Shown piece by piece: positions 48,640 to 61,201 of a stretch of DNA of 64,000 bases. The stretch spans positions 15,190,001-15,254,000 of the forward strand of contig NC_043024.1 in assembly GCF_006345805.1 (NCBI RefSeq), read 5' to 3'. Under the pieces are notes generated by a model, which saw only the letters and a program-made list of their open reading frames with translations, ran no database searches and was not told where the DNA came from. This DNA is from Octopus sinensis (Eukaryota). The translations under genes were made by a program, and so were the position numbers. Each line of letters starts with the position of its first letter. Positions within the stretch are counted from its first letter, which is position 1.

Positions 48640-49080
48640 CTTAAATAAGATTGATATGTATGCATATCGCAGTGTCGACCAGGACATCAGATGCTGTTAC
48701 ACACCGCTGGTCACAAGCACTTCCAATTTTGTTTTGATTGCACCATTCTTTTTTTCCATCTTGGCCCAAATTGCTTGACAAAGTCATCTTCCCATCATTG
48801 CGGAGGCCTTCCAAGTGGCCTTTTCCAATCCCTTGTTTGCCACTGGGCAACTTCCTGGGTCCACCTGTTGTCTGTGAATCTCGTGACATGTCTGGTTTAG
48901 CAGAACTTTAGATATTCTGCAATCACATCATTCCCCCCAATCTGTTTATGAATTAACCTCATATTGAACGTGCTCCCTTAGTGATGGATCTTAGCATGGA
49001 TCTTTCCATGCCCTTTTGTCTTGCAGGTATTCAATGTTCTATCCTCTTTGTAGTAACCCGTATCTCACTTGCGTTTTAGA
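48640..49080 (-). pseudogene. RTE-clade LINE ORF C-terminal fragment
   Basis: ..HVTRFTDNRWTQEVAQWQTRDWKRPLGRPPQ*WEDDFVKQFGPRW. Confidence 0.7.
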
Positions 49081-49085
49081 GCACA

Positions 49086-49468
49086 CTAGCAGTATCGCCC
49101 GGCGTTGCTCAGGTTTGTAAGGGAAATAACTATAAAGCATTTTTAGAGAGTTATAGCCAAAAAATAGCAAAAAAATGGAAAAAAATGATGGTAAATTTTT
49201 TTTTGAGATTTAAAAAAGGTGGAGTTGCGTCCCCTAGACAGTTTATGGTTTGTGTTTCTGATTCTCGACCCCATGTCGAATTTATCGATTTTTTTTCAGA
49301 ACTGGGGGAACTTTTCAAAATTTTCGCTGTGTTAGTTTTGAATTATGACATTGGGCTATGTGTGTGTCAAGTTTCATCAGAATCGGTTGAAAGCCGTGGT
49401 CAGAGTGAGGGTACAACCTGACAGACACACAGACACGCACACAGACAAACTGCCGTTTATATAGAGAG
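49086..49468 (-). mobile_element. Short non-autonomous Helitron
   Basis: Minus strand 5' tctctatataaacggcag.., 3' cctgagcaacgccgggcgatactgCTAG-T; same 3' end as 35353-36622. Confidence 0.8.
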
Positions 49469-49800
49469 AAATGAAGGACAGTGCTATTAAAGTGCGTGGT
49501 ATGTATTTATACATGATGCAGAAAATATGAATAGTTGATATTTGTATATGTGACCTTGGATATACAACATTCACTGTGACAAATGTTCAGAGTTTATTTC
49601 AGGTGAACTTGTGCATGAAGGAAGAAAAAGAAGAAATCGAGAGAGGTGAGGGGAGAGGAGAGAGTAGATGAGAAGGAGAATTGTGTTTCTCAGTATCACA
49701 GCAAGGGGGTGTAGTGTAGTAATCTCTATCTTCCTCCCACACTCCCCCTTTCTCTCTTTCTTTCTCTCTCTCTCTCTCTCTCTCTCCAGTACTGGATTAT

Positions 49801-49840
<40 letters not shown>

Positions 49841-49948
49841 ATGCATATATACATGTATGTATATGGATATACATAAATATACATAGATACATACTATACA
49901 CATATATATATGTATGTATGTATATACATACATAGATACATATTTCAT

Positions 49949-49998
<50 letters not shown>

Positions 49999-50035
49999 GA
50001 TATATACATATATGAAGTATGTATCTATGTATATT

Positions 50036-50072
<37 letters not shown>

Positions 50073-50216
50073 CATGTATATATATATGTATATATATATG
50101 TATATATATATATGTGTGTGTATATATATAAATATACATACATACATACGTGTGTGTGTGTGTATGTGTGTATATATATAAATATACATACATACATACG
50201 TGTGTGTGCGTGTGTG

Positions 50217-50247
<31 letters not shown>

Positions 50248-50589
50248 CCCACACATACACATATGTTTGTATGTATGTCCCAGCTTTATAACTTTCCTAT
50301 CTCTTTGACCAAATAACCTTTAAGAAGCACTGAATGGTTCTATGAGTTTTCTCCTGACATTTTTATCTCACATGTTATTCCAAAGAAAACAGAATACGGT
50401 TCCAGGTTCTTTTTGTTTTCTTCGAATTTTTTAATCTTTTTTTCTTTTACTCCAACTTCTTATATCTTATTTTTCCTGTGACAATAGATTCATTAAAGAG
50501 TCATAAATTTTGTGTAGGACACGTGAACACATGGGTATATATGCACATGTGTATTTGTGTGTGTGCGTGTGTTTGCGTATGTATGTGTT

Positions 50590-50770
50590 TATGTATCTGT
50601 GAGTATGTATGTGGCGATTTTCTTGGCTGCCTGGTTAAGAAGCTCGTTTTACAACCACATGTTTTTGAGTTCAGTCCCACTGCATGGCACCTTGGATACT
50701 ATTGCCTCAGGCCAACCAAAGCCCTGTGAGTGGATTTGGTAGAGGGAAACTGAAAGAAGCCCATCGTATA
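50590..50770 (+). mobile_element. SINE family A head
   Basis: Head ends in (TA)n directly followed by a Helitron 5' end. Confidence 0.7.
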
Positions 50771-50788
50771 TATATATATATATATATA

Positions 50789-52330
50789 TCAGCAATATAA
50801 ATCCCGTTCTGTCTGTGTGTGTGTGTGTAAAAGATTATAACAGCCGTATTTTTCAACTGATTTTCTTGAAACTGTGAACATACGCTACTTATATTCCAGG
50901 GATGGTTTTAGGCCGTTAACATTTTCCCATAATAAGTAACTGGCTCCCTGGGAGCAGAAATCACCCGTTCCTGGGTTACGTGGAAAAGAGATATAGCTCC
51001 TTGTGAAGTAACTTTCAGAAATTGATTGTCTCTCTTACATTCATTGGTCATAAAAGAAAGAAAATATTGCTTTTTTTTATTAGATTCACGTCTTTGAAAG
51101 TTAAAAAAATATTTACATCCAGTTTTCTAGCATCAGTGACGTCTATATGTCTCTATATCTCTCTGTCCATCTCTCTCTATCGATCTCTGTATTTATCTAT
51201 CTATATCTATCTTATTTGTCTAACTAGCTAGCTCTCTCCCCTTCTCTCTATATCTCACCTACTCTCTATTGTTTTCACTTTCATTTTTCAGACGCTATTG
51301 TTTTCACTTTAAGTTCAAGTACTATTGTTTTCACTGTAAGTTTTCAATTGCTATTTACAAACAACAGCAACAAATTACTGACCGAAAGAAGTTTACAATT
51401 ACTGATGAAAGTTAATTTCATGCACAAGTAACTTCAAAAATTTCACTTAAATCTGTACATTTAGTTTCCCTAAAAATTTCTTATTTACTTTTGAAACAGT
51501 TTTGTGTTTTTCTGTTGTTAATGGCTTTTTTCTGATTCCTTTGATACTGGCTCTTTGGTTCACAAACAAATTTCGCTTCAACCCATACAATTCTTTATTT
51601 TCCTTAAAAATTTCTTATTACTTTCTGCCCGTCGTTTTAAGAAACATAATTTCTGTTACCAAGTTATTTTCATTGTTTACTATCTTCTGCACCCGTGTAT
51701 TTCTGTATATGTATATAACCATGCCTAGAAGGAAAGTGTTAAATTTATCTACAATGTCAAGGTCAGCCAAAAAAATATCTTTGTTCAGAGAAAGAGAGAC
51801 AGCTGCAGAAAGGGAAGCATACAAAGAAACGAACAGACTGTGCTCTACAAAAGCCAGAGTATCTCAAAGTGATGAACAGAGGTATGCACGGCTGACAAGG
51901 AATAGGATATCCACTGAAGAATGGAGAGCAGTTGCAATGGCTCGGAGAAGCAGCTTTCAATTACGATCCAGCAGTTCATTATGCAGATGACACTAAAGTT
52001 TCCATTGGTGCAATGACAACTGAGTGCATACATTGTAAAGCAAAGAAGTGGCCTGGAGAGACACCTGTATTGTGCTGCAGTGGTGGAAATGTTAAACTCC
52101 CTGCAATCCTCCAACCTCCAGAGCCAATGAAGAAACTGTTGCCATCAACTGATCAAGATTCCAAGCACTTCCAAAACAAAATTTGACAATACGACCCTGC
52201 ACTAAAGATGACATCATTTGGAGCCACAAGAGATTTAACTGAGCCAAGATTCATGCAAACTTTCAAGATCCAAGGTCAGATTTATCATCGGATTGCCTAT
52301 CTACTACCTCTGTCCAATGAATCACCAAAA
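50789..52330 (+). mobile_element. 3'-truncated autonomous-type Helitron
   Basis: A|TC start followed by a Rep/Hel coding remnant; no CTAG terminus seen. Confidence 0.7.
51721..52330 (+). pseudogene. Helitron Rep/Helicase N-terminal region
   Basis: AAFNYDP..CIHCKAKKWPGETPVLCCSGGNVKLP..PPEPMKKLL..SKHFQNKI*QY..MTSFGA..TFKIQGQIYHRI. Confidence 0.88.
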
Positions 52331-52429
52331 TCAGCCTTTCATTGTTTATAATCTGTACATGGTTTTTGGTTACGAAATAAGCTACCAAAAGCATATTTTT
52401 TAATTATGTGTAGTTACTTTATATACATA

Positions 52430-52795
52430 GGCGTAGGAGTGGGTGTGTGGTAAGTAGCTTGCTTACGAACCACATGGTTCTGGGTTCAGTCCCACTGCAT
52501 GGCACCTTGGGCAAATGTCATCTACTATAGCCTCGGGCCAACCAAAACCTTGTGAGTGGATTTGGTAGACGGAAACTGAAAGAAGCCCATCGTATATATG
52601 TGTATATATATATATATATATGTATTTTTATATGTACGTTTGTGTGTCACTTGACAACCGATGCTGATGTGTTTACGCCCCCATAACTTAGCAGTTTGAC
52701 AAAAGAGCCCAACAGAATAAGTCCTGGGGTCAATTTGCTCGACTAAAGGCGGAGCATGGCTACAGCCAAATGACTGAAACAAGTAAAAGAGTATA
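52430..52795 (+). mobile_element. SINE family A copy
   Basis: Complete layout. Confidence 0.8.
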
Positions 52796-52896
52796 TATGA
52801 GTTTGTGTTTTCCCTCCCACCATCGCCTGACAACCAATGATGGTTTGTTTATGTCCCTGTATAATAACAAAAACAACAACAACAACAATAATAATA

Positions 52897-55558
52897 CGTT
52901 GCACAGGTATCAAAACTGCCAAACTGGAAAGCAGCAGGACCAGATGGAATTCAAGGCTACTGGCTCAAGTGGTTTGGGTCAACACACAAGAGAATTGTGT
53001 CGCAATTAAACAATTGCCAACAGAGTGGGTCAATTCTGGAGTGGATAGTAATGGGTAAAACAACATTGTTAATGAAAGATTGGTCAAAGGTCAATGAGGT
53101 TGGCACTTACCGACCCATTGCTTGTCTTAACCTTCTATGAAAAGTATTAACAGGTACCCTTGCAGGGAAAATATATACATTCAGATGCAGGAGTGGCTGT
53201 GTGGTAAGTAGCTTGCTTACCAACCACATGGTCCCAGGTTCAGTCCCACTGTGTGGAACCTTGGGCAAGTGTCCTCAACTATAGCCTTGGGCTGACCAAA
53301 GCCTTGAGTGGATTTGGTAGATGGAAACTGAAAGAAGCCCGTCGTATATATGTATATAAATGTGCGTGTTTGTGTGTCTGTGTTTGTCCCCCCCAACATC
53401 ACTTGACAACCGATGCTGGTGTGTTTACGTCCCTGTAACTTAGCGGTTCGGCAAAAGAGACCAATAGAATAAGTACTAGGCTTAAAAAGAATAAGTCCTG
53501 GGAGTTGATTTCCTCAACTAAAGGCGGTGCTTCAGCATGGCCGCAGTCAAATGACTGAAACAAGTAAAAGAGTAAAAGAGAGTTCCTTGTGGAAAACAAT
53601 CTCCTGCCAGGAGAACAAAAAGGATGCTAAAAAGGATACAAGGGCACCAAGAGCTACCTTGTGATAGACAAGGTTATAATGAAGAACTGTAAACGTTACT
53701 AAAAAAACTTAGGCATAGCCTGGATTGACTTCAAAAAGGCTTACAATATGTTGCTACATTCATGGATTTTGGAAACACTTGACATGTGTGGAATAGCTGA
53801 GAATGTGTGTGCACTGATTAAGAACAGCATGCCTAGTTGGAAAACGTGTCTTTCCTGTAACAACCAGCACTTAGCCGAGGTAACAATCTAAAGAAGTATC
53901 TTCCAAGGAGACTCTTGTTCACTTCTGTTATTTGTTATAGCCTTGATCCCACTTTCTTTAGTCCTACGCAAAGTTAAACATGCACTATGAGCTGAGAAAG
54001 AATGAACCTCGTCTCAACCACCTTCCCTTCGTGGATGATTTAAAACTGTTTGCAAAAACAGAGCCTGAAATGGAGAGGCTGGTTGAGACTGTGCAAATGT
54101 GTAGCAAGGATATAGGGATGGAATTCGGTCTCTCAAAGTGTACAGTGCTTACTTTGAAGCAGGAGAAAAGAGTAAATTGTAGGAACATAGAATTGCCAAA
54201 TGGAAAAAGAATGAAAGACCTGAATGATGATGGGTACAAGTACCTTGGGATCTTGGAACTGGACAATATCTTGCATAAAGAAATGAAATACAAGGTCATC
54301 ACTTCACATTGCAAGTGCCTGAAGTTTCTCTTGAAATCAAAGCTCAACCCAAGGAACCTTGTGACTGCCATCAACATATGAACTGTTGCTGTAGTCTGCA
54401 ATAGTGCACCCATCCTGAGATGGACATAAGCAGAGATTGACCAACTCGATCCCACTACCTGAAAGACAATGACAATGTGTGGTGCCCTCCATCCTAAGGT
54501 GAATGTATACAGGATCTACATGAAGAGAAGTAAGGGTGGACGTGGGCTGATTAGCATACAGGAGTGCATTAACAGTGAAAGAAGAAACATGGCAGAATAT
54601 TTGGTAAACGGCAAAGAAGACCAGCTACATTATGTTGCTAGTGCAGGAGTTAACACAAATGGATTTAAGAATGGTCATGGATTTCAATCAAGAACAGCCA
54701 ACAAGAGAGAAGAAACCCTACTCCATATGGAATTACATGGTCAATTCCACCATGAAACCAACAAAGACCAGGAAGCATCATAGAGGTGGCTCTAGAAGGG
54801 TGACCTAAAAAAGAATACCGAAAGCCTAGTCATCATAGCCCAGGACCAGGCATTGAACACCAATTCAGTGAGAAAAAATATATACCACTCAAGTGCATCA
54901 AACCTCTGCAGAATGTGTGGGAAGAGGGTCGAAAGCATGATTCACATTGTTAGTGCTTGCTCAGAAAGAGTACAAGTGTAGATAGAACAAGGTAGCCCAA
55001 AGCCTCTACTGGCTACTCTGCTGTAAGTATGGTTATGAGGTTATGGGTGCTTGAGGTCAACATACACCAGAAAAGGTAATGAATGAAAAGAGGAAGGCAA
55101 AGAATCTTTGGGACTTTGATTTTAGACAGACAAGGTATTAGAACACCAAAGGCTGGATATAGTAACCTTTAGGAGGGACAAACAAGAGTGCCTAATAATC
55201 GAATATGGCAGTGCCAGGAGATCAACATATTATCATGAAAGAAAGAGAAAAGGTTGATAAATATGGAGACCTGAGAATTGAGATTGCTAAGATGTGGCAG
55301 CTACGAGAGTCAAGCATAAAGGTTATCTCTATTGTCATCTGAACATTGGGTTCAATACCACCCAAGCTGAAAAAAATATCTGAAAACCTTAGAAATACCC
55401 TACAATCTAGGTGTATTGCAAAAGTCAGCATTACTTGGAACTGCGAGCATATTGCGTAAAGTACTGTCTGTCTGAGGTTCTTGTTGTGACTCGACAAACA
55501 ATACAAACCCCCCAGGAGACACAATATCTTCAATCAACAACCTCATGGCATTGAGGTG
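52897..55558 (+). mobile_element. 5'-truncated R4/Dong-clade non-LTR retrotransposon (RT, CCHC knuckle, restriction-like endonuclease), degraded
   Basis: KLPNWKAAGPDGIQGYWLK..YRPIACL; WIDFKKAY; IFQGDS; PFVDDLKL; YKYLGI; GGRGL; CRMCGKRVESMIHIVSAC; KEREKVDKYGDL; (AAT)n at both ends. Confidence 0.92.
53184..53582 (+). mobile_element. SINE family A inserted into the RT domain of the R4/Dong element
   Basis: RT reading continues across it (..KIYTF | LVENNLLP..). Confidence 0.85.
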
Positions 55559-55690
55559 ATAATAATAATAATAATAATAATGGTTTCAAATTTTGGCACA
55601 AGGCCAGCAATTTCAGGGAAGGGGTGGGGTTAGTGAATTACATCAACCCCCTACGCTCAACGGGTACTGAATAATAATAATAATAATAAT

Positions 55691-56056
55691 GTGCCTAATA
55701 ATCGATGAAGCAGTTCCAAGAGATCAACATATCATGAAGGAAAGGGAAAAGGTTGATAAATATGGAGACCTGAGAATTGAGATTGCTAATATGTGGCAGC
55801 TACGAGAGTCAAGCATAAAGGTTATCTCTATTGTCATCGGAGCATTGGGTTCAGTACCACCCAAGCTGAAAAAAATATCTGAAAACCTTAGAAATACCCT
55901 ACAATCTAGGTGTATTGCAAAAGTTGGCATTATTGCATAAAGTACTGTCAGTCTGAGGTCCTTGTTGTGACTTGACAAACAGTACAAACCCCCAGTAGGC
56001 ACAATATCTTCAATTTTCAATCAACAACCTCACAATATTGTATACTGTGCAACATC

Positions 56057-56058
<2 letters not shown>
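55691..56058 (+). mobile_element. Second 3'-end copy of the same R4/Dong family
   Basis: CLIIDEAVPRDQHIMKEREKVDKYGDL..; (AAT)n on both sides. Confidence 0.88.
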
Positions 56059-56098
<40 letters not shown>

Positions 56099-56116
56099 TT
56101 AATTCTTTTATTTTTT

Positions 56117-56155
56117 GAACCTGCTGAAGACACACGAGATGTCAAAATGTCGTTC
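56117..56155 (+). ncRNA. Decayed minimal hammerhead-like motif
   Basis: gaac-CTGCTGA-a-gaca..tgtc-AAAAT-GTC-gttc; explicable as CpG-type decay of GAAACGTC. Confidence 0.4.
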
Positions 56156-56239
56156 ACTAGATGACAATGGCACTCTTCTTTTAATTTGGACTCTATATCT
56201 TCTGGAGGAGTTACCTCAGTCCTTTATATATTAATAATA

Positions 56240-56390
56240 ATAAGAAGAAGAGAAAGAAGAAGAAGAAGAAGAAGAAGAAGAAGAAGAAGAAGAAGAAGAA
56301 GAAGAAGAAGAAGAAGAAGAAGAAGAAGAAGAAGAAGAAGAAGAAGAAGAAGAAGAAGAAGAAGAAGAAGAAGGAGAAGAAGAAGAAGAG
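56240..56390. repeat. (AAG)n microsatellite
   Basis: Directly visible. Confidence 0.95.
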
Positions 56391-56664
56391 GATGAGGAGG
56401 AAGAAGGAGGAGGGGGAAAAGAAGAAGAAGAGATGAAGGAATCCTTCCTTAATTCATCTATATAAATGTGTTGAAAGTCTTCAAATTTCCCCAGGAAATG
56501 GAACAAAATAAAATAAGATTATTGTGTAGGTGTAATTGTGTGGTAAGGATCTTGCTTCCCAACCACATGGTTCCAGGTTCAGTCCCACTACATGGCACTT
56601 GGGCAAATATCTTCTAATATAGCCTTGTGAGTGCATATAAAAAAAGATAAAACTGAAGTTACGT

Positions 56665-56900
56665 TCTTGAGTCATGCCAACCCATACGAGCCAGTTTTCC
56701 TGTTTCATGGCCTATAAATTCTGCACCTGGATTGAATGCTGGGCCATTGCAGAATGACTCATTTTTGCTGGCTGAGTGGACCGGAAAAACGTGAAGTGAA
56801 GTGTTTTGTCCAAAACACAACACATCGCCTGGTCCAGGAATTGAAACCACAATCTTCCAATCATGAGTTCAACATCCTAACCACTAGCCCATGCACCTCC
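56665..56900 (-). mobile_element. tRNA-derived SINE
   Basis: Minus-strand head gtggaggtgcatgggctagtggttaggatgttgaactcatga..gtggtttcaattcctggacc. Confidence 0.7.
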
Positions 56901-56957
56901 ACTATTGCGAATGCATATGGTAGATGGAAACTGAAAGGTCTGTCATATGTGCATGTA

Positions 56958-57002
<45 letters not shown>

Positions 57003-57147
57003 TTTAAAAATATAATAAAATCTTTATATGAATTTATCAAGTAGGCAGTGTGAAAAAAACCTAAGAGAGAAAATCCACCAATTTTTTCACTTGAATATAT
57101 TTATTTATATTATATAGAGGCCATTACTACAGATAAATGCCACACTT

Positions 57148-57380
57148 TAGGAGGGACTCTTAAAGTCAAAACTACTAAAATAAATAAACATATCGTACCG
57201 AATGCAATTCTCAAAGCAAGTCATTTAAAAACCGATTACTAAAGAGTGCACCACTGCACTGATTATGAAATCACGGTGATCTGCAGCTAAATTCTGTTTT
57301 TAAATGACTTGCTTCGAGAGTTGCATTCGTTACGATATGTTTATTTATTTTAGTAGTTTTGACTTTAAGAGTCCCTCCTA
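57148..57380. mobile_element. Foldback/MITE with ~85-bp TIRs
   Basis: taggagggactcttaaagtcaaaactac.. / ..gtagttttgactttaagagtccctccta. Confidence 0.88.
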
Positions 57381-57457
57381 GCATGTGCATTTATGTGGCA
57401 TTTGGCATTTATGTGGCATTTGGCATGTGGCATTTATGCACTCTATATATATATATA

Positions 57458-57498
<41 letters not shown>

Positions 57499-57499
57499 T

Positions 57500-57880
57500 T
57501 ATTAGTGAATGGAACAAATGGAGTTGAACGAAGATTGTACAGAATACCTTTTATTACATTCTACACATGTTTCGAAGGCCACAAATTTCCAAATTCTGTT
57601 TAAATAAGGGTACCATATTGCGGCTTTCTCTTCAGAAAAAAACAGGAGAAAACAGTTCAGCCATGGGCTCCTAAGGAGCATCTTCGTTCGAATTGCTGTG
57701 CCTCTGTTTTGTTTTGTCCTGTCAACGGAACTCCTGTTTTTTTCCTGAAGAGAAAGCCGCAATATGGTACCCTTATTTAAACAGAATTTGGAAATTTGTG
57801 GCCTTCGAAACATGTGTTAGAATGTAATAAAAGGTATTCTGTACAATCTTCGTTCAACTCCATTTATTCCATTCAATAAT
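57500..57880. mobile_element. Inverted-repeat element (~150-bp arms, ~82-bp spacer) with a hammerhead motif in each arm
   Basis: Right arm CTGAAGA (57745)-gaaagccgca..tgtggccttc-GAAAC-ATGT-GTT-agaa; mirror on minus strand ~57560-57636. Confidence 0.85.
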
Positions 57881-58228
57881 ATATTAACTTCAATTATCCG
57901 CTCCAACGCACGGTTGCAACACAAATGGTCTTATCTCCAACCGTGCTGTTTTCCGCTGTGATTTTTGCTACCCAGGATCGGTTAAACCTTTGAATAATCT
58001 GTTACAAGAAAAATTCATCTTTCTATTTCAACAAATATATATAATATATATATATATTTACAATATACATACATATATACATATACATATCTATATGTAT
58101 GTGTGTATATATATATAGATATATATTTATCCTCATACTTCCCTTTGTACTTCTTATATCTCTTCCTTTCCAAAATAATTTCTTATATTGAACTCTACTA
58201 TTTCCATTTATTTAACTCTCTCATATCA

Positions 58229-58274
58229 TCTCTGATGATGGGATATCTTTTATATCCCTGAAACAGCTGTAAGA
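58229..58274 (+). ncRNA. Minimal hammerhead motif with palindromic helix III
   Basis: TCT-CTGATGA-t-GGGATAT/ATATCCC-t-GAAAC-AGCT-GTA-AGA; ACAGCTGT is self-complementary. Confidence 0.65.
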
Positions 58275-58439
58275 CTACCTTTCACTTTATAAATGTCCTA
58301 GTAATCTCACACTGCCTTGGTTTTGTTGTCTCATGTTATTCAATACACACACACACACACATGCAGTATATATATATACTGTATATAGCTGTATGCATGA
58401 GTGTGTCTATGTTTGCACGACATATATAGAGAAATAATA

Positions 58440-59730
58440 TTAGGTTATTGAGTATGAAATTTGTAGAAAAGAAAAAAAGTTTGCCAATGTTTTATAAATA
58501 CAAGGAATAGTTTTATTCATCAAAGTATGCACCCATATTGTCAATAAACTTTCGCCATTTCAGCGGCAGCTTGTCCAGCCCAGAACTGTAAAAGCCAGGC
58601 AATCTAGAGTCAATAAAATCTTGGAAGGTCTGTTTTACAGCATCATCGGAATTAAATTTTTTTCCTATCAAAAAGTTATCTAAATTCTGGAAGAAGTGGT
58701 AGTCAGTGGGGACAAGATCAGGTGAGTATGGTGGATGATGAAGAACTTCCAACTCCAACACCTGTAGTTTTGCCAGTGTCAGTTTTGCAATGTTGGGTCT
58801 GGCGTTGACTTGCAATAAAATAGGAGTGGATCTGTTGACTAATCTAGGTTGTTTTGTTTTGTAAGTTTCTGCATCATTTGGTCCAGTTGGCTGCAGTATG
58901 CTTCGGCCGTGATTGATGAGCCAGGTTTTATGACATCATAATGGATCACACCTGCACCAGACCACCAAACACACACCATCAGCTTCTTTTGATGAATTTT
59001 GCATTTTGGACTGTGTTTTGGTGGCTCGTCTTTGTTCAACCTTTGTGCTGAACATTTACGGTTGTTGTATTGGATCCATTTCTCATCACATGTCACAATT
59101 CAATTAAAAAATGATTGATTTTTGTGACAAGAAAATAGCATAGTGCTGGCTTCCAAACGTTGCTGTTTCTGATTTCCATTGATTTCATGTGGAACCCACT
59201 TATCCAACTTCTTCCCTTTACTGATTTGAACTAGGTGAGTCAATATCATTTGCTTCCTAACACCAAACAACAACGATAATTCACAGACACTTTGAGATGG
59301 ATCTGACTCAATGGTGGCTTTCAGTATGTCATTATCCACCTTTGTTTCTGGTTGACCACGTTGCTCATTTGTGAGGTCAAAGTTACTAGAACGAAATTTT
59401 GCAAACCAATTTGATATTGTCTGCTGTGTAATAACATTAGAATAAAATACTCCATTAATATTCTGAACTCTATGTGATGCTTTATTTCCAAGAAAGAACT
59501 CATATTTCAAAACTGTATGAATTTCTGACTTAACCATCTCTAAACCAAAATAGAAAAAAAAAACGATTTATAAATACTTTATATAAAGTGCAAAATGAGT
59601 TAGAATAAAGAAATAGATGTCAGTTTTCTAACAAAAAATAAAGATTGCCAAAATATAATAATGGTGGAAAATGAGCAGCTGTCAAAGTTTACCATATACC
59701 ATACTACAAATTTTATACTTGATGAACTAA
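58440..59730 (-). mobile_element. Full-length mariner element (1291 bp)
   Basis: Degenerate TIRs ttaggttattgagtatgaaatttgt / acaaattttatacttgatgaactaa, TA on both sides. Confidence 0.88.
58513..59537 (-). pseudogene. mariner DD34D transposase pseudogene
   Basis: WVPHEI; TCDEKWIQY; LLQVNARP (second catalytic D changed to V); HPPYSPDLVPTDYHFF; one stop and one frameshift. Confidence 0.92.
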
Positions 59731-59769
59731 TATATAAAAACCAAACTTTATTTCAAATTGACATCTCTT

Positions 59770-60075
59770 TGATGGTAATGATGGGGTAGTAGTAATAATG
59801 GTGGTGGTAGTGGGGATGATGATGGTGGTAGTGATTTGGTGGTGGTGGTGATGATGATGGTGATGATAGTGGTAGTGGTGATGAAGATGGCAGTGGTAGC
59901 GGTGGTGGTAGTGGTGGTGATGATGATAGTGATGGTGACAATTATGACGTTACTGTTGATAATGATGTAAATGATGACAATAGTGCTGCTGGTGATGATG
60001 ATACTCATTAATGATGATGATGAACATGACATTAATGATAATGACAGCGACATTGATGATGATGATGATGATGGA
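59770..60075. repeat. (GGT)/(GAT) low-complexity tract
   Basis: Directly visible. Confidence 0.85.
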
Positions 60076-60399
60076 GTCATAGATATAACAATATATCATC
60101 TATAGACCCACCAAATCAATTCTCATACATTTTTGTACAAATCAATCGAGACTTTTATAATAAATTCTTCAATAAATATTGATTTCTCAGTGGCCACTAT
60201 GTCACAAATTTGGTTGTGGTAGGGAAAGTGGGGTATTGCTAATTGTATTGATCTCAGTACATGATGGATACCTTATTTTATTGATTCTGGAAGGATGAAG
60301 GGTAACAGTGACATGAGCAACATTTGAATTCTGATGCCTTGCTATGGGATTGAACCTGAGACCTCATAGTTATGAAGCAAATGATAATAATAATAATAA

Positions 60400-60595
60400 C
60401 AATCTGCCAGGGACAGCTAGGATTTTGAAATTGGTACTTGGATGTTGAATGTCTCCCACAATTATATACAACCAAGTATCAAAGCTTATCATGTGTGGAA
60501 AGAGGCCTTGTAAGACCTCTGACAATAGGCTGCTGTCCGCTCTCACAGAATCAACCAGGGTAAACAGGACCAAATATTCTGGGGAGTGAAACAAT
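60400..60595 (+). mobile_element. R4/Dong-like extreme 3' end
   Basis: LPGTARILKLVLGC* after (AAT)n, ending in aataataa. Confidence 0.5.
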
Positions 60596-60599
60596 AATA

Positions 60600-61157
60600 A
60601 ATTCCCTGATGCCATATCAGGCAGTGGCTCTCATGGCTCCTGATCTTAACTGATTCGAAGTGTTATCATGTACATTGTTTTGTCTTGTTATAAAAAGATG
60701 GGCTACAGCAAATATTCTGCTCAATACCACAGATTTGTTTGTCAGTTATTTGACCTTAACCAGTTGAGCATGTCCCTTAGTGGCTGATAATATGTGCATC
60801 TCTGATCACGAGCAGAAGTAGTGGGGGAGCATCATAGCTGTGTGTTGAGAGGAATTCTTAGAGGTTTGGCTAATTAACGTTTGGAAACATGGGTATTTCG
60901 TTCAACATCCTTAAACAAACCTTATTCAGGGACCTTTTGAGTAAGATGGGCTACTTGATCTGAAGAAAATTCTAACGGGGCCCCACCTGCAAGGTCATGC
61001 ACTGTTTATCTTGATATGAGATCGCCATGTTGTGCACATATGGTTGCGATGCATGTGCCTGATGTACCCTTATCAGATGGGTAGTCACGATGGGTATACT
61101 AGGCTTCGTATAGTTTACCCCAGTGTCACTTTGAGGGCATGCACTGCTCTCTCACTC

Positions 61158-61201
<44 letters not shown>

